Shown here piece after piece: positions 46,509 through 57,938 of a stretch of DNA of 64,000 nucleotides. The first letter of the stretch is position 1. Each line of letters starts with the position of its first letter. The DNA is taken from NCBI GenBank assembly GCA_905178155.1, contig CAJINV010000001.1, positions 729,643-793,642 of the forward strand, in the 5' to 3' direction. A model generated the notes under the pieces. It saw only the letters and a list, made by a program, of their open reading frames with translations. It was not told where the DNA came from and did no database searches. The position numbers and the translations under genes are program-made. This DNA is from Amoebophrya sp. A120 (lineage: Eukaryota; Protista; Dinoflagellata).

Positions 46509-47858
46509 TCATGCCCGCTGCACCACAGATCCGTTGGCGGTGCGCACGTAGTAGCTGTCTCCCGCCCCGACCCCCGGTTGCTGGGACATGGTCAACGACG
46601 CATTTTGAGAACCTCCTGATCTGCTTCTTTGCGAGGCGGAGGAAGAGCGCTTCGATTTCGTGCTTGTAAGCATTTTCTCCTCGTCGTCCAGCTCCTCCTC
46701 CTTGAAATCGTACATGGGCCATTCGCAACAGAAAATCCGTTTCAACACCAGCGGGAAGCATTTCCCTCCAGGAAAGGGGACCAGCATAAAGGAACTCTGT
46801 CTGTACTCCTTATAGTCGTCCACCAAGTTTGGGTTCGTGTAGTACCGCTTCAAATTCTTCCCCTCGCAGGTCGGCAAACCGGACACGCACATGAGCAAGA
46901 CGCAGGTGAGGCAGGGTGATAACCCCGCGATGATCATGTAGACTAAAAACCACTTCTGGAACATCCCGCCCGGGAAGGACTGCTCGAAGCCGCGCACCAG
47001 CGGCCACGTGAACGCCCACGCGGAGAACCACATGAGGATTTCGCCGAAGTAGTTCGGGTGGCGGCTCCACGCCCAGGGCCCGATCTTGCAGATCCCGCCA
47101 GGGCGTCCGTTCGCGACCCATTTCGCCTTGATGATGTCAGAGCTTATTTGTAAAAGTAAGCCGATAGAAAACGTCGCCGCGAACACGTAGTCGTACCACC
47201 GGAATTCCGTGCGGAACTGCGCCCCAAGGACGACCAGCAACGTATGCAAGTACATAACTCCCCATCCCCCTCATTTGAATGGCATTCACAGCAACACAAA
47301 CAACGGCAGAAATGTGGCTTCCGTATGACAAATCTCTAATATACGGATTGATGTAGTACTGTTTGAGGTTGTTCCAAAATCTGTCATGCAGAGAGAGCTT
47401 AAAGGCAAGACGTGTATTCGGTATGATGCATGACAAATGAGGGGGAGCAGGAGTTGTGCACTCCCATACAGCGGCATGGAGATCGCGAACACCCAGAAGG
47501 CCTGCATCATCCAGGTGATCAGGAATTTACAGAAGGACTTTTTGATCTCCTCGAACCGGCTGTCCCCGTCGCGCAGGCGGACGCGGTAGCAAAGGAACAG
47601 CAGCAGCCACATGCGGCTCAATGCGAAAAGCGTGGTCATCGTGATCTTCCGGGGGTCATCATTGTTCGCCTGCGATTGGAAGTACGCGAGCGGAATCATG
47701 GCGAGGAAATTCAAGCCGCCGATCGTGTCAAACAGCGCCTCCGTTTGGAGCACGTACCCGTGAATGAACCCGAGCAGCTGCGTGCCGCCGCACAAAGCCG
47801 CGCCCGTCCATAGTAATTGGTTCACGCACAGCACCGAGGGGTTGGCGAGTTGGGCCAT
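46509..47858 (-). CDS. DUF1295 / steroid 5-alpha-reductase-like membrane protein, 2 exons
   Basis: Motifs RDGDSRFEEIK, WMMQAFWVFAISMP, GPWAWSRHPNYFGEILMW; one introner. Confidence 0.88.
47243..47468. mobile_element. Introner, family B
   Basis: TSD caacg/cagcg; restores SMPL-LVVLG. Confidence 0.88.
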
Positions 47859-48589
47859 GTTGGTGAAGGTGGTGGAGACTTTTGTGATTATAGGATTTAG
47901 AAACTTGTTGGTGTTCCAACGTAAGTTGTACAGCTAGTCTTTATTTATCCTCACGGGCGGCCGCGAAAAGTTGTGCTGATACTTGTTGTATACTAGGCCA
48001 AATAGAGTACATCTTGAGATAGAGATACGGTAAAAAATAACTTCTGCAGATCTTCACGCAGCTTGTTGTACTTCGCTGCGGTTAGGGAAAATTTTAGGGC
48101 ATTGTAATGAAGCTGCATTTGTGTTTTGGATCGAGTCTGTCATCAAATAAGACGTCACGATGATAGTTCGAGCGTGGTGATTTTTCAAAGCTTGCAAGAT
48201 TTTCTAAATTGCATGCAGCAGTTGTAGAATTTCGAATCTTCGCCCCCAAAAGTGAAGATCCTTTTAGCTGGCAACTCCACGTATTGTTCGATAAAACTGC
48301 AGCCGCAGAGGACCGTTGGAAGATGCTTCTGCGAAGCTACGATATTTGCCGAGTACAGATTGATGTAGACAAACCGACATCTTCACAGAGACGAACCGAC
48401 TTCAAGCAGACCAAAGTACGGAAAGCCGTCATGGAGTCAGCTACCGACCTATAGTAAGGGACAACTTCGAGAAAATTCAGCACCGAAGTTCGTTTTACCA
48501 TTCACCGAGAGGGTGTTTCGTTGTACGAAGTAACAGCAACAGAGCATGAATTTTTCCGAGGATGCCTGTGCTAGAACTACTACGCGCTG

Positions 48590-49573
48590 TCAATTTGATA
48601 TTGATTCTTCTGTCAACCCGAGTAAGTGATTAAAGAGATCGTCCGTTACATCTGGGTACTCGTTCAAGCACTGATACGCCATGCGGAATAGCAACGTCTC
48701 GCAGCTGACTGTCAGAGCGTTCAGCACCCGTTGCTCGAAAAGGATTCGTGGATTATTCTGGTCGTCGAAAGCATCTATTTTTTCCCGCGGCGGCGCATCA
48801 CTCTCCTGTTTGGTCTCTTCAGCGCCTTCATTTCCCAGTATTTTCGTCTCCCCGCCGTCCTTTCCCAATCCTCGCGTACTAGTTCCTGTTTCGCCTTCTA
48901 CCAGCGCCTTGCAGTGATGCGCCAGGCTCAGCGTGGAGGGGAGGACGCGCTCGCAACAGGCTTGGGCTATTGTCGTGAGGGTGCTGAAGTGCTTTTCGTT
49001 CATTTTCTTGAAGATCTGTTCCGGGAATTTTTTCTTACTCTCCGCAGTTGAAGATGAGCCAGACGTCCCGCTTGCCATGCGCAAATGCCGCCCGTACTTC
49101 TCCAAAAGGATCCGTGGCAATATCTCGTGGGTGAAGACCAAAAGATGCGCGGTCACAAGCTCGTCATAGTGGTTCAAGGTCAATGGCGTTGTGCTGGCGC
49201 CCGTTGTGGGAACTATTTTGTTTTGTCCTACAAGATCCTTACCCGCGGTGCCCGGATCTGCTTCTGCCCCTTCCGCTGCTCCGACCAGCGCATCGTAGAC
49301 TTTTGCCACCAACTTTCGGTCCTCATTGTACTTTTCTAATTTACGCGTCGCCACTTCCAGCTTGTCTTCAACGTCTCCTCTATTTGATTCATTTTGTCCA
49401 TCCTCCTGTTTAGCACGGGCCACAGTTGTGGACTTGTCAATCGTCTTGGTTAACACGCGCCAGAATTGTTCCAACTGCGGCGAAGCATGCTGATCTTGGA
49501 GCAAACCAGAAACCGCCTGCAGAAGGAGGGACTCTTGCCGTAGGGAAACATAATCCTCGAAGGAGACGGCCAT
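48590..49573 (-). CDS. Hypothetical protein, 327 aa
   Basis: Single ATG-initiated ORF co-oriented with its neighbours; no recognised domain. Confidence 0.65.
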   Translation of the reverse strand: MAVSFEDYVSLRQESLLLQAVSGLLQDQHASPQLEQFWRVLTKTIDKSTTVARAKQEDGQNESNRGDVEDKLEVATRKLEKYNEDRKLVAKVYDALVGAAEGAEADPGTAGKDLVGQNKIVPTTGASTTPLTLNHYDELVTAHLLVFTHEILPRILLEKYGRHLRMASGTSGSSSTAESKKKFPEQIFKKMNEKHFSTLTTIAQACCERVLPSTLSLAHHCKALVEGETGTSTRGLGKDGGETKILGNEGAEETKQESDAPPREKIDAFDDQNNPRILFEQRVLNALTVSCETLLFRMAYQCLNEYPDVTDDLFNHLLGLTEESISN

Positions 49574-49829
49574 TTATTTTATATTTTACCCCTGACGCTG
49601 ACAGGTTTTGGTTTGATTTATTGTACATCAGCATGCGCTCTTCTACTACCTAGGAACAGCACATCTCGAAAGCGTGACCTAGCCGCAGACACAGTTCATC
49701 TGCGAGCTCTCTCGCACCAACTTTATCCGGCCCTCCACCCGAAAGGAACACAAAGACGAGAATCAATGTCGGTGCCAACACCAGCCAAAGCGATGCCCCA
49801 CTTACAATACAAGCAACAACGCCAGTGAG

Positions 49830-51830
49830 CCAGGTTTTGTCGCTGCAGGCGCCTGCGAGCGCGGATTCCATCCAGGTTGCGCGCGCGGCTGATGGATGCG
49901 CCCAGCGCAAGGCTACCCGGCCAACGCGGGGCGCCACGGGCGCCCGCCGGCCGGGCCATACGCTTGCGGCACGCGGGCGAACAACCTGGAACGCGCGCCG
50001 GCGGAGAGATCTAACGCAAGCTACGCCCCACCAAACGGGCTGCCGAGATGGGGGCCCGAGGAGGAACAACCAAAACAAGCCGGAAGGCCGCCCGACAAGG
50101 AAGCGGACCCGGGGCGGGCTGGCACAGGGAAAATCAAGAACGAAAGGCGACGGGCAGGCCCTCTCGAGTGGCCCACCACTGCAGCGCCCGCCCCTCTGCC
50201 ATAGGTTTTCGAGTTCGCGTCGCTGCTCTGCTTTCCTCCTGTGGCTGCCTCCATTGCTCCTGTTGCTGCCCCGGAGGCCGCTGCACCACTGGCGACGGTG
50301 GGAGGCCCCGCTTCTGTCAATCTGTCGAAGGGGGAGGGAGGCAGGCAGCCCCCGAAGCGCGCCCCCCCCGCTGAAAGGCCCGGGGGGGCAAGAAAAAACA
50401 CGGGCGGCGCGACTGCGCCGCGCCCGCCGCGTTCCGCACGCTCGCGGCCTCTCCGGCCCGTGGCCCCACCCGAGTTGCCCCAGATGGCCGCGCGCCGAGT
50501 GCGAAGCTGAAGCACGGGGGTAAACAACGTGGGGCACATAGAAAACACAAAGGCGGGCGCGCAAGGGCACGGCGGGGCAGCCCACGCCCGGCCGGTCGGG
50601 CAGCAAACCAGGCGCGGCGGGCCCGACGAGAGCCCCCGGCCGGATGAAAGGCCCCCGACGCAGATAGTCCGCTCACCACACCTGCGCCCTCGCGCGCTGC
50701 GCCGGCTTCTTCGCGCCAGCGGCCATTTTGGCCGCCCTTTTGTGGTCCCTCCACGCTGGTGCGACGGCGCAGGACCCCCATGCATGCGAGCGCCCGCTCC
50801 ACAATCGGCCGCGTCAGCGCCGCTTGCGATATTTTCTCGCCGAGCCGTTGCGAAATCTCCAGCAAACACACCGAGCTGCGACTTTGTCAGAACCACTGGG
50901 GATGGGTGCGCCGGGCCGTTCACTAAGCTTCGGGCTTCGGTAGAGCACACCGTCGAAATACTCCACACTCGCCAGACACTGCCCCCAACTGTCCAGGGGC
51001 GCATTGAAGTCGCGCTCGGTATGATCCGGAGCCTGCCGGGCCGCGTGCAGCCACGCACGAGCCCGCCGGCAGGCCGGGCCCGGCCCGCCGGCCGGCAAAA
51101 AGCCGGCGGCGGGCGCTCGTCCCGCTCTTCTTGGCTCGCTGCGCTGCCGGGACGCCTTCGGCGGGCGCCTGCGCCGCCTCTCCACTCTCTCCCCGGGCCG
51201 CTTCGGTAGCTGCGGACCTGCCACCGGCCGGGCCCTTAGGGGGGCGGCTGCTAGCCCCCCGCAGGCGGCCGAAAGCGCGGCGCAGCGCGCGCCTCCTCCG
51301 GCGATGCGGCTGCGCAGCGGGCACCAAAATTTGCCCAACAGGCAAACCACCGAAGCCCCACACGCGCCGCGGGCGGAGGTGCCCGGCAAAACCGCGCGTT
51401 CCGGCGCTGCCCCCCCTTCGACAGAGGCTGACGCCCGGGCCAATATGGCATGCGCGGGCCGCCCCCGGCCAAGCTCGCCCGGCTCCGCGCCCTCCCCGGC
51501 GCTGCAGTTTGTTTCAGCCGGCCCGCAGTCCGCCCAAGCGCCCTGCTGCGGCCAAGCCGCCCGATCAGCGTGCGCGGCTGCGACTAATAAGGCTTCGCCG
51601 CACCTCCGCGCGGGCGGGCGCCCGCCGGGCGGGCGGCCCGGATGCCGGCGCCGCACACAGGAGAGGGCCTCCGAGGGAGGGCCCGGGGGGAAGGCGCGCT
51701 ACGATGTCGGCGGTGCTGTCCCTCCGCGCCGACCCCCCGGCCGGCCGATCCGCTCGGCACGCCTTTGCGGCCTCACTGGCAGCCCTCCAATGCGGGGGCC
51801 GCTGGGGGTCCAGCGGGTGGCCAACCTACT
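49830..51830. other. Extremely GC-rich island, possibly a GC-shifted or mis-called coding region
   Basis: Visually about 70-85% GC with G/C runs and overlapping Arg/Gly/Pro/Ala shadow ORFs; patches of ordinary composition at 50820-51030 and 49650-49870. Confidence 0.55.
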
Positions 51831-52245
51831 ACAACGGTGGGCGATCTGCTGCGAGCATGTGCGTGGACGTCCGCGAGAATCGAAAACGGGCAGGAGCAGT
51901 GTGCATTCTCCAACATTCTGTCTCCATCTCTCTCTTTGGTACAGGTCTCGGACATTTTTTTGTATCGGAGAAGAACAGCTTCAGCTTCGAACACTTTAAG
52001 TAACCTTGTTCATCTCTGGCAGAGAAAACAAGGAGACAACTGTGGAAAGCGATAATTTCGTGTTGGGGAGCGAAAGGATGACCACATTGTTCCACTTATC
52101 TCGTTACAATATATCATGTTGTGAGTCGTCGTTTGTTGTAGGAGGGTAGTAGAGCGCCTGGCCGCTTCTTTTGTCGAACCATTTCATCACGAGTGCTTAC
52201 ACGCACGTTGGGTGCAACACGCAAACAAACATCAGATCTTTTGGT

Positions 52246-54630
52246 CTACCCCGCACCAAGCCCAGCTCCGCCGAAACCGAGCCCGACGCCAGCAAATTCG
52301 ATGTCGTCGTCGCTTTCCCCGTCTTTGCTGTCTTCCTCGTCTTTGACGTAGTACTTGACTTTGTCCTCCTTCTCCTCCTCCGGAGAGGAAGATTTGTTCG
52401 CGCCGTCTTGATGCTCCGTACCCGTCGTACTGCTTTTTTTGAACATGGCGGACAGACTTGTTTTCGCGAACTCCTCTTTCTCGGGTCCTCTGCCCGCGTC
52501 GCGCAGGCGCTGTTTGTCGCGTTGCTGCTTCTTCAGGTTCTTCATTTCGTCGGGCAGCACGCCTATCGTCTGGCACGCGGTATTCACGATGTCGTTGTCC
52601 TGGCCAAACCCGATCCCCGCTCTGCCCGTCTCGCTTTCCAACCCGAAGAAGGTGCCGTCCGTCGCCAAACCCGCTTCCGCTTGCGCGTCTTTGGTCTTGA
52701 ACTCGGTCGCGTTTTCCTTCTCCATAAACATCTTGTCGCGTTGCTCCAGTCGCTTCAGCGTTTTTATTCTGTGCACATCTTCCAGTGTGTCTGCGGTTTT
52801 CTCCTGTCGCTTCCGCCGTTTCGCCGCGCGGTCGAGATTCAAATCATCCCCCTGCTCGGTTGTATTATCTCCGCCCGCTGTTTTCACGTGGTGCTTTTGG
52901 TTCTTGTTTCCTGACCTGGTCGTTGTGCTATGCGTGTCGTTGTACTCTGAAGTAGAGCCTGGGGAGGAGGGACCGCCAAAGTTGTTATTTCTGGCACTGT
53001 CCACGCCGCTCTCGTCGTGTGTACCATCCCCTTCTTCCGGCGAATTTGGATTTGCGCCCTTCTGTTTTTTCCGTTGCCGGTTCTTGAACATGGTTAACTT
53101 CCGGAACTCTTCCTGCTGGTCCTGTAACCTCTCGTCCCGTTCCTCCTCCTGCCCCGGTAACGCGACGTAGTTGATCTCCACACGGAACGAACTGTCGCCG
53201 ATTTTCAACACTTGGCCGTCGAAAAGTTTTATGCCTGGCGCGGACGCCGGGACCTCGTCTCCATCCAAAAACGTCCCGGTGGTGGTCTGCAGGTCTTGCA
53301 CGTAGTAGCGGAGGACGGTCGGGTCTCTTTTCTTCTTATGGTTCCTCCTCGAAGTAGAAGATGACGAGGATTTATGCTGCTGACTGCTGCTGTCAACATC
53401 TCGCTCCTCCTTCACACTGCTAATCTGGCAGTGCGCGTGCGCGATGCCCGGTTTCCCGGCCAGCTCCGCAAGGACGGTTCCGATGACTGCACCCATGGGG
53501 TCGATTTTCAACTCCACATGCTCCCGGTGCTTGATTTTCGAAATCGTCTCCCAGGGACGCGATTTTTCAATGTGGGTGATGTATCGCCCGATCTGGTGAA
53601 ATCGAAATGGGTTTATGTTCAGACGAGTGGGGAAATCAAACTCAAAGTCACCAAATATCAGAATCTATATCGAATCGCCAAGAAGGCTGTAACACGCCAA
53701 TGCCACATCCACGACGCACACGCAATGGACTATCTACATCTAGTAAGTACCTTCGCCTCCGGTTCCCCTCCGGCCAGGAGCGTGAAAGTGGTGCACAGGT
53801 AGTTTTGTCCGTCCAGGGACAACTTTCGTATTCTCGCCAGCATTTCGTCGCTCAGGCTCCATTTCGCGGAGAATTCCTGTAGTTTCTGCTGCACCTCCCC
53901 CGCATCCACGTGCTTGTCCTCTTCGTGCAGCATCCGGAGCATGACAAAGTCCTGCGGCTTGGTGTAGGTGATGGTCACCGTCTCGCCCGGTTTCGCGTTG
54001 TCGGGCACGACGAACTGGACCTCCTGGCCCTCCGGACTGTGCACCATCATCTGCTGCCCTGGGTAGCTGTTGAGCGGGACCTCGACCAGCATGGACAACA
54101 CGTCCTCCTGCTCCCGCTGCTGCATCTGCGCCGCCGCGTCGGTCGGCGGCAGGGGAAGCATGGTCCAGATCTTTAGAACGAAGGAAAAATTTCTATGCGG
54201 TGCTTGCGCTTGTTACGCGTCGTGTTTACTTAGCATTAGAATTTCTGCTAGTAAAAACACATTCTGCGCGTTCTTGTGAAGCTTCTTTTTCCGACGACAA
54301 GAACTCGCCCTTGGTCTACTGAAGTTGGCTGTAACTACAAGACTTGAGCAAGTGGAGTAGTTCTAGGGATACCAATATGCTACTTCACTTCTGCAACATC
54401 AGCAACCTATAATATGTAAAAGAACTTACTTCAGCATTGGCCGCCGCATCTGCGCTGGTCCACACCGGAATGCAGTTGTCGTTTGAAAACTCAAACAACA
54501 CGCCCTGCGCCTGCTCCCAAATAAACAGCCGGTTGCTCGGGGTGTGCAGGTAAAACCCCTTCAGCGTGTCGGAATCGATCTGCCAACGGTCGCGCGCGTT
54601 TGCAAACGCTGCGCGGAGAGAGGACGCCAT
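52246..54630 (-). CDS. FHA-domain protein (possible AGGF1-like layout), 3 exons
   Basis: FHA-like motifs GIAHAHCQI, VQDLQTTTGTFLDG, LFDGQVLKIG; GT-AG introns 54171-54429 and 53593-53750 join three ORFs in frame. Confidence 0.75.
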
Positions 54631-56289
54631 TGTGTGTGTGTGATTCTTAGTTTTCTCGTCCTAAAAACATCAAGAAGCTGTAGCTGGCGCAAAGCCGCCT
54701 GAAGTTTTCTTTTGCGGTGGTTACTTACTTACACGACAACTCCTGAGCTGAGGCGAAAGAGAAGCTTGAGCAGCAGGTCGAATTCAGGAAGGAGTGTGTG
54801 GAAAGTCGTTGATACGAATAAATAATCTCTTGAGGAGGGACGATGTTTCACTACTTTGCGGCTTTGAATTTCGAAGGTCAATTTCGAAAATTAGGATTGA
54901 GAGTCGTCGAAGTGGGTGTAGAGCTTTTTCTTGATGCCGAAGTGCGGTGTAAAGGTCGTTCTTGGTCGAGCTAGAAAAGAAGGTGTGTGCTGACAAAATC
55001 CAATTCGTTGAAAAAAGCGCTTGTAAATGAAGATATATTAAACGGTCGCAAAAGTTGTCGTTCTTCTTATTATCCCCGTTCAAAAGCAAAGCAAAAAACT
55101 CACCGACCGACTTTGCGCACTCTTACTTTGCTAGTCGTGTAGACATGATGTATGCTACTTCGTTCACAATATCGTTCTACGCTTTCCTAGATTCACAATA
55201 CAATTTCACGATGTTGGTGTTGGGTGTGTCTTGCAAGACATCTAGTAAGAGGACCCCGCCTAGGGTGGATTATCAACAACTTTGAGTTGTTGTTCTTGTT
55301 TCGCTTCGCAGCGCCAGTCCGTCGATTGCCGTAGCCTTCTTCTTATGCCAACGTCACCCGCCGCTTTATTACCATTTCCCCCGTGAATCAAAGGAGGTCA
55401 TGAAATTACGCAGTCACAAAGCTTGTGGTTGCCCCATGTTGTGTTGTGAAGCTGAAGATGAAGGGAAATAGACGGAAAAAAATATTCGCTGCCATATCAT
55501 GTATCATTTAACGGGGAAAATTATCTCTAGTCGTAAATCCAGCTAAAATCCCAACCGCAAAAAAGCCTGGCGATTTCGTATTCGTGCGAAGAAGAAGAAT
55601 TCATCAAATAATCTATTTCATCCGAAACGACAAGGCACCACACGAATAATCGCAGAGCCCATCACAAGAGGACGGAGGAGCCGCGGAGAGAGCAGCACGA
55701 CGCTCCCGATCGTTCAGAACGATGAAATAAAGCAAAAGACGCACAGGTGGAAAGTCGTTACGACGAAATTCTATGAAAAGCGATCCTGGTGCTCCCTTGA
55801 AGCCTGTCTTCAGATCTATATTTGTCACGAATTTTTTTGCAGGTGCCGGATCGTCCAGAGGTAGAGAGAAGATCCTGATTTTTGATTACATATGTATCCG
55901 TTTTGCATTTTTCTCTGCTTGTTCTGATGACCGGCTTCTGATGACCAGCGCAAATTTGACCGGCGCACGTAGATAGAATTATCGGCACTCCTACTCGATT
56001 CAAAGGATCTGCTGGGCGTACTACAACTGTTCTTTGGCACAGAAGAAAAACACCACTCACACGGGTTATCGGTGGGGAACAAACACAGGTGTTCTTTGTT
56101 GAAAAGCCTCGATCCCCCGAGCAGCATCGCGTACAAACGACGGCGGGCAGTATTGAAACACCTGTAGAGTTTTCTTTTCCGTGTCGCCATTACATTTTTT
56201 AGTGTTTCAACATCGTCGACTTGCGCAGGATAATCAATTCGCAGTACCATTTCCGTGATTTCGTAGTAGATACATTTTGTAGAGAATTT

Positions 56290-57938
56290 TTATGTCGCTA
56301 TTACAGTAGACAGCATTTCCCGCAGGAGCATGATTTTATGCTGCACGATGGCATGACAAGTATCAATTTCCCCAGGTAGAAGCTTAGTCGGTTCATTTGT
56401 TTTGTTTTCTGGCTTATCCACTACTTCTGCACTACCTACTCGCCCTGCAACCCCAAGAAAGAGCAGACAGTTGTGAATTTTCTCTATCGCACTTTCATAT
56501 ACCACGGAAAACTCGCGCACGTGCTCCGCGATCAACCGCAACACGTCGCCCAGCAGCTCCAAGTAGCCGGCGCCAAGAATTTCCTCTCCGGCCCCCGTTC
56601 TTTCGATATCGGCCTTCGTTCTGCTCGTGTTCCCACCTCCTCCTCTTGCCTTTGCGACGAAATGCGGAAATTCTTCCGTTTCGAACGTTCTCAGGGCCTT
56701 CAGAGCTTTCCGCACAATCCACTGTCTGACCTCGCTCACGCCGCTGCGGCCGCTGGACTGCTGCATCAGCTTCTGCCGGAGTTCCTTCTGGGTAGCGCTC
56801 GTGTAGGGCACCGCCTGCAGGTCTTTCTGCTCTCTCCTGGATTTTGCATGTTTCTCGGGATTGGTTCTAGCCTCTTCGTCCGTTCGTCGCTGCAGCGCCG
56901 CCAGTCGACTGGCGAGGTTTGCAAGCCGGCGTTGTTTTGGAAGGACTGAAGTGGTATCTTGGTCGAGTTGTTCTTGTCCGCTTGGGTTCTTGTGGAGATG
57001 AACGTCTTTCGAGCTAGACTTCGAAGTAGACGGCTTCCTTTTATTTTCCACGACCGCGGGGTTATTTTTCGGTGCAGAACTACCTCCAGACGTCTCGTTC
57101 GCTGCTCTCATTTCCAGCTTTTGCTTCTTCAACTGTGGCTCTGAAGCTGCTGCGGCGCTCATGTTTGAAAGTAGAGCTGCTCCCCGATGAGTAAGATCTT
57201 GTTGTGCGACCGGCTGCATATAATGCGCCTTACCTGCTCGGGCGGTCGCCGAATTGTTCTTTTGTGAATTATTGGATGCAGCAGCAGCAGCAGCAGCGAG
57301 CTCTACTGCAGCTTGTTGCTCTCGTTTCAGCTTATCCAGTTCCTTCGCGATGGTCTCGAGTTCCCGTCCGCTATCAAAGAAAAAAACCGGATTAGTGTGG
57401 GCAGCTGTCGTCGGGTTACAGCATGACAAATTTGCTCTGCATGACAAAGAAATCCTGTCATGCAAAGCCACCTAGTACGTGAAAACACACACGAAATAGG
57501 ACTTCACGCCTTGCTAGCATGACAATTGTAAGTGTGTTCCATGCTTGTTTGCATTACAGACTTACACTCACACAGTTTTTTTCTTGCATATCCGCCTCGC
57601 CGGCTCCAGTACTGCGCATTCCCGGGGGCGTCGTCCGGTGGCTGGTCGCAGTGGCACCCGCGCAGGTCCGCACAATACACCTCATCGATAGTTTGCACCG
57701 CGTCGTAGCTCCGCGCGGTTAGCAAGCGCCACTTGTCACACTTGTCGCAGCACACCCAGTAATCGTGGACGACAACTTGATCAGGGCTTTGCTGTGCGGT
57801 CTGCTCGTCCACTGCTAAGGGTATGTGAGCAGCCAGCGGGGGCGGTGGTGGGGAACCCTGGACGGCGACCGACGGCGGACTAGAGAGCAGTAGATGTGGC
57901 GTCGCGCCGCCCGGCGCGTGGTGGGGGTTAAGGGCCAT
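56290..57938 (-). CDS. CW-type zinc-finger protein (3' end may extend to ~55.6-55.8 kb)
   Basis: zf-CW signature WVCCDKCDKWRLL...YCADLRGCHCDQP; one introner joins ORFs 57504-57986 and 56290-57471. Confidence 0.75.
57372..57590. mobile_element. Introner, family F
   Basis: Perfect TSD tccgc; restores RRGG-RELE. Confidence 0.9.

Noticed and set aside
50722-50732. GCCATTTTGGC resembling the dinoflagellate spliced leader
   Set aside because: Only an 11-nt match without the CCGTA or TCAAG flanks; expected by chance.
49650-52055. Long overlapping ORFs on both strands, or rRNA, in the GC-rich island
   Set aside because: The ORFs are Arg/Gly/Pro/Ala shadow frames caused by stop-codon scarcity, and I recognised no conserved rRNA motifs.
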